Shown: piece by piece, positions 55,600-64,000 of the stretch
Position numbering within the stretch: the first letter of the stretch is position 1
How the letters are laid out: each line of letters begins with the position of its first letter
Origin: Paraspadella gotoi
Taxonomy: Eukaryota; Animalia; Chaetognatha
DNA length: 64,000 nucleotides
Direction: 5' to 3'
Assembly: GCA_051294375.1 (NCBI GenBank)
Contig: CM119267.1
Span: 4,438,630 to 4,502,629, forward strand
The notes under the pieces: model-generated
The model's input: only the letters and a program-made list of their open reading frames with translations
Told to the model about the DNA's origin: nothing
The model's database searches: none
Made by a program: the position numbers and the translations under genes

Positions 55600-56350
55600 G
55601 GTGAGAAATGATGGCAAAAGAATTAATGGATTTTTTTTTAAAAATTAGTAGTACATCCACATAAAACAGTTAATCTAACTATTCGAAACGAAATCATCCA
55701 AAGAATGGCGCAACCTCTTTGCCCGCAATCGACACGTCTCTTACTTTTTACGACACCAAAAGTATTTCGCTTCAAGGTTAATAGTGAACTCGTTTTCCAA
55801 AAATCAATGGCTACGCGAACCCGACGCAGGATCGAGGGGGAAAGCTGAACAGACTGTTTGGCTGAAATGCGGAGCTAAGTTTGAAGCAGGAAAAGAGCGG
55901 AAAAGAGGAAAATGGCGAAAAAAATTGCCGGTACAAAGTAGAATTAATGGCTAATCTTTCAGATTGATTGCACCAATGGAAAAGTTAAAATGGCAAAATT
56001 GGTAGATTTGCTTTCAAAATTTCTTGAAGACTGAAACAAAGTAAAGTTGCGAATGATCGCGATCATAACAGGCACAAGAAAAAATTCTGGAGATAAACCA
56101 AGCTTCATCTCGAAATAATTGCGAAAAGTGTACCAACGCGAGAAACAAAGGCTAAGTTAAATAATTGCGAAATGACGCAAATAACGGAATTACAGATGTA
56201 AATGAAGCGCAAATTAAATTACAATAAACGCAAGCAAAAACCGGACGAGGGGTTGAATCGTTGAGCAGTTGCTGAGCGCCGGCGCCTAAAACCAAAAATA
56301 ACGGCGCCAAATGGTTGCTAGCGGAACCGAAGAGCCCACAACTATTAATG
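55600..56350 (+). mobile_element. possible degenerate non-LTR retrotransposon ORF2 fragment (linker and start of the RT region)
   Basis: A-rich sequence whose frameshifted fragments occur in LINE-like order: REIERQVKKRKEEKW (copy at ~38655), ETKAKL (~56142), K.PG/PD..., VEQLLSAG, PKTK, KWLLA (56240-56325). These resemble KREIKxAKxxxW, EEKAxL and KAPGxDxIxxEQLKxxGPxxxxWL. Pattern recognition only. Confidence 0.25.
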
Positions 56351-57469
56351 TTATAGGCAGAGAGAGAGAGAGAGAAGAGAGAGAGAGGGAGAGAGAGGGA
56401 AAGAGAGAAGAGAGAGAAGAGAAAGAGAAGAGAGAGAAGAGAGAGAGGGCTTTCTTTTCGTTAAGAATTTTAACTATATCAGTTTTGAGAGAAGGAAAAA
56501 ACTGGGTGAATTTTTATCAACATTGGGAACCTTACTTTTCCTCCTTCTCTTTCTCTCCTCTCTCTCATCTCTCTCTCTCGTCTCTCTCTCTCTCCTCTCT
56601 CTCTTCTCTCTCTCTCTTTATCGTTCCCATTCCTCTTTAAGATCGGTGGCTGTCTTGCTGCTCGCGACGGCTATGGTTTCGGTGCCGCCTCGAAGTCTTT
56701 ATTGCCGCCGCCCATTAGTTTGTCTCAACATTTTTCTAACCATTGACATCGCAAGGCAGCGGCGGCGGGCGGCGGGCGGCGGGGCGGCGGGCAGAGCGGC
56801 GGTTGTTTTCGCGATAGCCGACGCCCGTTTATTCGCGATCTCTGTACAGTGTTATCTTCTTCGAAGCGAAGAATCGAAGAGGCCTTTTTACAAGTCTATT
56901 CTCTCTTGCATATCGCTCCCACTCAATGCTCTCGACCAATTCGGACCTCACTGTACTCGCGCGGTCACATGATTATATTTCTCGCTTTGATTTGTCCGTT
57001 ATGCAGAGCGAGAGACGATAAAAACGCGCTAAACCCCGCCCCTATCCCTCCCCTTTCCTCCCCTGACCTCCCCAGATCCATTAACCATCCCCCGTCTGCA
57101 ATCCCCCGTTGCCCCTATTCTCTTGGACCCTTACGATATCCCCCACCGCCCCTCCACCCCACGTATCTATTCCATCGCCTTTTTAAATTCTCGCTTGGCC
57201 GATTCGAAACCTTGTTTAAGAATGGCCGCCTTTTTTACTACTAGCCTTTTCTTATTATCTCCGGGGTGGTTTGAAAAGAGGAGTGGGAACGGAAAGAAAC
57301 AATTGAAGGGTGTAGGTAGAGGAGAAAGTTTTAACTAGGTCTCACGAGTGTGAGTTTTTTTACGGAGTTTTAGTTATTCTTTTCTCTTCTTTCTTGCAGA
57401 CCGTCAGGGGTGATCTTGTTAGTTATATCTATATATCTCCGAGTCTCAATGTAATTACCGTAAAAAAGA

Positions 57470-57533
57470 GCATCGCCGGAATCGAACCGGCGCCGCGTGC
57501 AGTGCGAGCATTCTACACTGAACCACCGGATGC
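57470..57533 (-). pseudogene. indel-riddled second copy of tRNA-Gly(GCC); probably an assembly artefact rather than a true pseudogene
   Basis: gcatcgccggaatcgaaccggcgccgcgtgcagtgcgagcattctacactgaaccaccggatgc aligns to the intact gene with multiple single-base losses, mostly in homopolymer runs. It lies inside the 1.55-kb duplicated block. Confidence 0.75.
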
Positions 57534-59043
57534 TGGTGACAAAGATCCGTAACTATGAGCTTTAGAATAATCACGAACGTTTTACCAATTGTTCGCAAGT
57601 GTTATGATAAGAAAACAACTAACGACTCTTGTTATTTTTTTTTAAAAAGACAATTTACAGAAAATAACGCGCGTTTTTTTGTCTCTCGCTATAACGGACT
57701 AAACGATTTCTTGGCTATTTACGGATTGGAGCGGAAAAATGATCCATTTAGCGACTTCTGACAAGATTAGACATATTTTTATTTGAAAAGGAATAACCAC
57801 AAAACAACTAAATTTAAAAAGATTTTTAAAAAACATTATGTTGATAAGTAAGGGCGTTTTGATTGGAATTTGCCGGTTTTGCTAGGTTTTCAAAGAACCT
57901 GTCCAAAGCAAGAGTGGATAGCTTCTTGTAATTATGGAGCGCTACTGTTTATAGCTTACTGGTCGCGAAAGAAAACAAACACACGCCCCCCCCTTGCACA
58001 TTTCTCGATTTTAATCAAGCGAGGAGCGAAAAATCGCTTACGAATGCTCAACCTAACGAGGATTAGTGCCTTCTAACGTATAGAACCTCATAAAAAAAGG
58101 GGCATCTTCCCAGCCCCCCCCCCCCGCCTTGCCCAAAATTCCCTCATTTCTGAGTGCCTCTCGTCATTCGGGGAAGTCCATGTCACTGTTATGGATCTCT
58201 TCTTTNNNNNNNNNNNNNNNNNNNNNNNNNGGTGGCTGTCTTGCTGCTCGCGACGGCTATGGGTTCGGTGCCGCCTCGAAGTCTTTATTGCCGCCGCGCC
58301 ATTAGTTTGTCTCAACATTTTCATAACCATTGACATCGCAAGGGCAGCGGCGGCGGGCGGCGGGCGGCGGGCGAGCGGCGGTTGTTTTCGCGATAGCCGA
58401 CGCCCGGAGTTCGCGATCTCTGCTACAGTGTTATCTTCTCGAAGCGAAAATCGAAGAGCCTTTTTACAAGTCTATCTCTCTTGCATATCGCTCCCACTCA
58501 ATTGCTTTCGACAATCGGACCTCACTGTACTCGCGCGGTCAATGATTTATTTCTCGCTTTGATTTGTCCGTTATGCAGAGCGAGAGACGATAAAGAACCG
58601 CTAAACCCGCCCCCTATCCCTATCTTCCCTCCTCCCCGACCTCCCCAGATCCATTAACCATCCCCCGTCTGCAAATCGCCCCGTTGCCCCTATTCCTCTT
58701 GGCACCCCTTACGATATCCCCCACCGCCCCTCCACCCCACGTATCTATTCCATCGCCTTTTAAAATTCTCGCTTGGCCGATTCGAAACCTTGTTTTAAGA
58801 ATTGCCGCTTTTTACTACTGCGCTTCTTATTATCTCCTGGGCTGGTTTGAAAGAGAGAGGGGGGAAGGAAGAAACATTGAAGGGTTTAGGTAGAGGAGAA
58901 AGTTTAACTGAGTTCTCACGAGTGTAGAGTTTTTTTTACGGAGTTTTAGTTATTCTTTTCTCTTCTTTCTTGCAAGACCCGTCAGCTGATCTTTTTAGTT
59001 ATATCTACTATATCTCCGAGTCTCCAAAAATGTAATTACCGTT

Positions 59044-59048
59044 AAAAA
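59044..59048 (-). terminator. RNA polymerase III terminator (T5) of tRNA-Gly
   Basis: TTTTT on the minus strand, 2 nt after the tRNA discriminator base. Confidence 0.8.
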
Positions 59049-59050
59049 GA

Positions 59051-59121
59051 TGCATCGGCCGGGAATCGAACCCGGGCCGCCCGCGTGGCAGGCGAGCATT
59101 CTACCACTGAACCACCGATGC
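59051..59121 (-). tRNA. tRNA-Gly-GCC: tRNA-Gly (anticodon GCC), 71 nt, intronless
   Basis: Reverse complement is GCATCGGTGGTTCAGTGGTAGAATGCTCGCCTGCCACGCGGGCGGCCCGGGTTCGATTCCCGGCCGATGCA: full cloverleaf (acceptor GCATCGG/CCGATGC), A box, B box GGTTCGATTCC, anticodon loop CTGCCAC. This is the typical invertebrate Gly-GCC sequence. Confidence 0.98.
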
Positions 59122-59933
59122 TGGTGACAAAGACTCGTAACTATGACGCTTTAGAATAATCCACGAACGTTTTACCAATTGTTCGCAAGTGTTAATGGAT
59201 AAGAAAACAACTAACGACTTTCTGTTATTTTTTTTTTTAAAAAAGACCGAATTTACGAGAAAATAACGCGCGGTTTTTTTTCTCTCGCTATAACGAGACT
59301 AAAACGATTCTTGGCTATTCACGGATGGAGCGAAAATGATCCATTTAGCGAACTTCTGACAAGGATTAGACATATTTTTTTTTGAAAAGGAATAACCACA
59401 AAAAACGACTAAATTTAAAAAGTTTTTAGAAAAACATTATGTTGATAAGGTAAGGCGTTTTGATGGAAAATTTGCCGGTTATTGCTAGGTTTTCAAAGAA
59501 CCTGTCCAAAGCCAAAGAGTGGATAGCTTTCTTAGTAATTATGGGAGGCTACTGTTTATAGCTTACTGATCGCGAAAGAAAACAAACAAACGCCCCCCCC
59601 TCTCCGCACAGTTTTCGAGTTAATCAAAGCAAGAGCGAAAAATCGGCTTACGAATGCTCACCTAACGAGGGCATTAGCTGCCTTCTAACGTTAGACCTCA
59701 TAAAAAAAGGGGCATCCTTCCCAGCCCCCCCCCCGCTTGCCCAAAACTTCCCTCTTTCTTAGTTGCCTCTCGTCATTCGGGGAAGTCCATGTCACTGTTA
59801 TGGTCAAGTCGACGCGGGTCAGCCCCTCGTTTACTTACCCTCTCGTTTACTTACCATCGCTCGATCATCGCAGAAAATCATTTTTTCCTCTTTTTATGGC
59901 GTTGAAGGCGACTGAGATTCTGGGCTGAGGGAA

Positions 59934-60296
59934 ATGTCGAGAGGTTTGAGTCTTGGAGATGATGACGAAGACGATGACGAAGAAAAGGACGATGAAAAAG
60001 AAGATAAGGACGATGACAAAGCAGAGATGGATGATGACACTGAAGAAAGTTAGGAGAAAATGAGGATTTCGAAAGGAGATGACAAAAAAGAGACGACAAT
60101 GAAGAGTAAAAAAACGGATATGAAGACATGGAGACGAGGAGACAAGTATTACAGACAATGACAGGGAAAAAACGTCAATTTAAATAATGATGATGAATTT
60201 GTAAAGAAGAAAAAAATTAAGTTGAAGCGAGACAAGTTTCACAACCTGAAGTAAGATGATTACGATGACGATGATTATGATGACGATGACGATGAA

Positions 60297-60328
<32 letters not shown>

Positions 60329-60368
60329 CGATGTAGATGATGACGATGAAAATGATTATGATCATTTG
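59934..60368 (+). CDS. possible Asp/Glu/Lys-rich exon (frameshifted), ending in (GAT)n and a splice donor
   Basis: Reads MSRGLSLGDDDEDDDEEKDDEKEDKDDDKAEMDDDTEES... and ...DDDDVDDDDENDYDHL, followed by TTG|GTAAGG (60369-60370). Stops and frame changes in between may be read errors. Could also be a decayed trinucleotide repeat. Confidence 0.35.
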
Positions 60369-61127
60369 GTAAGGGAAGAGTTTAAGATAAAAAAAAAAGA
60401 AAAAAATGACGAAAAAGATGCAGAGTCAAGAGTCTTGTATTGTGACCCTACAAAATGGACCAGGGTAAAAATGACTGAAAAATTAAAACTGAAACACTAC
60501 TTGAATTTTTAACACTTGTTAAATTCTTTTTAGTAAGAGTAAGACAGACTTTTTTTGCCACAAAAGAGCTACCAAAGTTTTTAGCTTTAGTCCTATCTAT
60601 TCACTCTTGGTGTATTTGATATTCGGCGGGGGTAACAGAAAGACTGTCCCTGGTCAAGGCGGGCTAACAATAATCAGTCCGGTTTTGCGCTTACATGTAC
60701 TGTGAATTAATCAATTTNNNNNNNNNNNNNNNNNNNNNNNNNNNNNNNNNNNNNNNNNNNNNNNNNNNNNNNNNNNNNNNNNNNNNNNNNNNNNNNNNNN
60801 NNNNNNNNNNNNNNNNNNNNNNNNNNNNNNNNNNNNNNNNNNNNNNNNNNNNNNNNNNNNNNNNNNNNNNNNNNNNNNNNNNNNNNNNNNNNNNNNNNNN
60901 NNNNNNNNNNNNNNNNNNNNNNNNNNNNNNNNNNNNNNNNNNNNNNNNNNNNNNNNNNNNNNNNNNNNNNNNNNNNNNNNNNNNNNNNNNNNNNNNNNNN
61001 NNNNNNNNNNNNNNNNNNNNNNNNNNNNNNNNNNNNNNNNNNNNNNNNNNNNNNNNNNNNNNNNNNNNNNNNNNNNNNNNNAAAGAGAGATACTTATTCA
61101 GTTATTGTCTGTTCATTACTGCAACAG

Positions 61128-61336
61128 GACCGTCGAGACTCATACTGACGCGCCACAACGACGCAGACGAGGACAAAGCCGCCGCCGCCGCCGATCCCCG
61201 CCGCCGCCGCCGATCCCCGCCGCCGCCGCCGCCGCTCCCCGCCGCCGTTTCGCCGCTCGCCGCCCGCTGCGTTTCCGGTCTGAACGTGGCGCCGCTATCT
61301 CGTAAACGCGGGCGCCGCTGCAACGCCGATTTCTGA
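61128..61336 (+). CDS. possible terminal exon (GPSRLILTRHNDADEDKAAAAADPRRRRRSPPPPPP...RKRGRRCNADF*)
   Basis: Acceptor caacAG at 61126-61127; GC-rich open frame to TGA 61334-61336; then AT-rich sequence with AATAAA at 61469-61474. No family recognised. Confidence 0.4.
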
Positions 61337-62111
61337 ACGCGCGCGCCGCTATAACCAAATTCTGGAAGCCGCTTTAAGCCGAGGATAAGAAGAGAGAACT
61401 GAAAAATCGGCGTCAAATTAGAAAAGCGGCGTTGGATGGAAACGAGGGATAGAGACGTTATATGTTTAAATAAACAAAACATGAAGGAAACATATAAAAT
61501 ATTAACGAAAAAATAAGTTAATAAAACATAAAGAGAATTTTGTAAGCTTTAATGGAAGGTGATGGCCGATTCCATTTTCATTTTTTTCAAAAGTGTTTAA
61601 GTTTATGATGAATAAAAATTACAAATATTTAAAAATTGAATTACTCAATAAGATGAATTAAGGATTATTAGAAAAATAAATAAATTACGACATTCAAATT
61701 AGAAATAATCAAATCAAATAAAAAGAACCAAGCTCCAAATCAATAAATCAATCAGTCAAGGAACTATTTAATAAATTAAATAAAGCAATCATTCAGTGAA
61801 CAATCAGATAAATATTAACTTCACAATCATTTAATTCGCTCGTCACATCCCATTTCCTCATTCATCAGGAAACGACGGAAGACGGAAACAAAACTTTTTT
61901 ATTTCCGATTGTCCCTAGTTTTTGTCGCGACGGCATTCGCTGCAAATTGGTACTCGCGGATTCCCAGTTCTCTTTTTCTGTCTCTCTCTCTCTCTGTCGG
62001 TCTCTCTCTCTTTCTCTCTCTCTCTAGTTCTCTCCCAAACGGAATGAGAGAATAATAGAGAAGGGAAAAAAAAAAAGAAAAGGAAGGAAAGCTTCGGTTT
62101 CTCGATCTGCG

Positions 62112-62424
62112 ATTGGTCTTTCGTCAAATTCTGCGATTCTCTCATTGGCCCGAGTTTCTCCATCTGCGCTAAAAATGGCGGGCCGGCCGCCCTCGGTTGC
62201 ACAAACGTTTTGACTTCTCCGATTGGCCGGCCGCAAAGAGAGAGATCTTTTTTACTTCTCTGATTGGCCGGACGAATAGAGAAAAAGATTTTATACTTCT
62301 CTGATTGGCCGGCCGCGGACGTTTTTCGACTTCTTCGATTGGCCGGTGGTTCGAAAACGTAATTTCGCCGATTGGGCGGCGACGACCGACCGGAAACGGA
62401 AAAACGAAACGAAGGTCACGTGAC
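62112..62424. promoter_or_regulatory. array of seven co-oriented CCAAT (ATTGG) boxes with YY1-like and E-box motifs
   Basis: ATTGG at 62112, 62144, 62222, 62263, 62304, 62338 and 62371; AAAATGGCG 62172-62180; GTCACGTGAC 62415-62424; CpG-rich. Confidence 0.65.
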
Positions 62425-62573
62425 GACAAACCGGGCGAATCGTCGGCGCCGGTTTTGGCGTTCGGTCCGTTCCGCATTTTCGATTTCCGTCCTCACGAAT
62501 TGCCCGGCGCGAGTTTTTGGCGTCGAATTCGCCGCTTGACAAATGAAGGAAATGGTTGGGCGCCGGATCGGGT

Positions 62574-62653
<80 letters not shown>

Positions 62654-63143
62654 CATCGGAGTCGAAGTTGTAATTGGGATTTCATGCAATAAGTTGTGGT
62701 CGTACGCAATGATTTCTCCCTTGCCGCTCTCTGGTTTTGGGTCTAACATTGACCTTACTACTGGCGTTGTCGACATGGAGTCTTCGGGGTTTTATTCATG
62801 TAATCCTTTGAAACTCTTTTCAATTGAAAGACGGGAAAAATGAAATCAATTTAAATCTAATTTTAAATACTAGTTGAATCGATGTGACACGGCTTGTCCT
62901 GATTCCACTCTGTGAATTGGTGATTTAACTTTTCTTCAAAGGTCAACCAAATTCTACCTTTGTCTCCATTTTTTCTAACTTGTAGGATTTCCGCCATTTT
63001 TTCGGTCTCCCTCTAAAAAATCATTTCTCTTCCGACATTTTCAGATTTTTCGTCATGTCTTTGAGTGAGACTCTTCTCCTTTTTTTCTCTTTTTACGCAG
63101 ATCTTTTCATTTTTCTTCCCTTAAACGCTCATTCTCTCTCTGC

Positions 63144-63197
<54 letters not shown>

Positions 63198-63280
63198 CGC
63201 TTCCGCTTCTTTTCTTAACTCAAACGCATCGATCTCACTTCTTCGCTTCTCGTTTGATTCCACTTTACACCTGAATTTCT

Positions 63281-63343
<63 letters not shown>

Positions 63344-64000
63344 TCTCTCTCTCGTCTCATCTCTCCTTCACTTACACTCTCATCAGACACTGCAGATTTA
63401 TATGTTTTAATGAAATAGATAATTAGAATATAATCATCTGTAATCTATTCATCTGTAATCTTATCATTCAGTTAACATAATTTTTGTCATCAACTTACGC
63501 TGACAAAATGTATTCATGCCGTTAATGGAAACACAAGCAATTTTCACGGTAAACTTTTTAAGAATTATAATTCACGGATATGAACTTTCTCACGCGGTTT
63601 TTATTTTTGTTCATTAGATAACAGATTCACATGCTCATTCCTTATTCCTACCCCCGCCCCCCCCTTCACACGACCGCAGCCCCACCGGCCGTGGCGAATG
63701 TCGCACGCACGTCTCGGCGCGCGTCAAAACTGAGGTCACGTGACACAAGATAAATGTTTCCCTGTCAAAAAGACCGATTTCGATTCTCTTTAAAAAAAAA
63801 GAAAGAAACTCTGGAAAATGAAAAGGGGAGAGAAGCGGAGAGAGAGATGAGAGAGGAGAGAGAGAGAGAGAAGAGGAAGAGAGAAGAGAGTCCGCTCTTG
63901 TGGTCCGAAGCCGTGAATTCCTCCTCGATCTCTCTCTCTCCCTGCTCTCTCTCTCTCTCCTCTCTCTCGTCTCTCTCTCTCTCTCTATCCTGCTCTCTTG

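Larger units (their letters stand above)
51044..56258 (+). repeat. compact third version of the sequence in copies A/B (corresponds to 28254-39220)
   Basis: Colinear shared anchors: 28254/51044 (aagctgaa...ttagtcaacgaa), 36214/54181 (ccatcttgg.tttcacgcttcatt), 37957/55340 (cgccgtctggcggccggtt), 38428/55692 (aatcatccaaagaatgg), 38983/56089 (ggagataaaccaagctt). Confidence 0.88.
56645..59803 (+). repeat. 1.55-kb tandem duplication (56645-58194 and 58231-59803) containing the tRNA-Gly locus
   Basis: Both copies start ggtggctgtcttgctgctcgcgacgg and end gtccatgtcactgttatgg. They are separated by the 25-N gap 58206-58230 and differ mostly by 1-bp indels. Confidence 0.95.

Noticed and set aside
60180-60365. 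Minus-strand poly-Ile hydrophobic ORF
   Set aside because: It is the translation of the (ATC)n strand of a (GAT)n repeat.
62213-62346. CRISPR array (direct repeats with unique spacers)
   Set aside because: Eukaryotic context, only four imperfect 18-bp repeats with 16-23 bp spacers, no cas genes; the core is a CCAAT box.

Overview
This is metazoan (bilaterian) genomic DNA from a gappy draft assembly: AT-rich, with spliceosomal introns, dense CT/GA microsatellites and many N gaps, five of them exactly 25 N. Two genes are firmly identified. One is the 5' part of a minus-strand dachshund (dac/DACH) gene, with four coding exons at 5380-7885 encoding the DD1 (Ski/Sno-like) domain; the rest presumably continues past position 1. 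The other is an intact tRNA-Gly(GCC) at 59051-59121. Weaker calls are an unrecognised 133-aa Ala-rich membrane-protein ORF (54930-55331), several GC-rich exon-like fragments, two CCAAT-box promoter modules and a possible LINE relic. About half of the window is redundant: an 11.8-kb tandem duplication (27450-51018) whose unit is an insertion-inflated version of 51044-56258, a ~4-5 kb inverted duplication (11.0-15.2 kb vs 17.4-22.5 kb) and a 1.55-kb tandem duplication. All three abut or contain 25-N gaps and differ by read-error-like indels, so they are most likely long-read gap-filling artefacts. I could not support a new multi-gene biological system. The best real leads are the orphan ORF, the 7-site CCAAT array, a GUAAGU splice-donor array in a dac intron and a perfect 51-bp palindrome.
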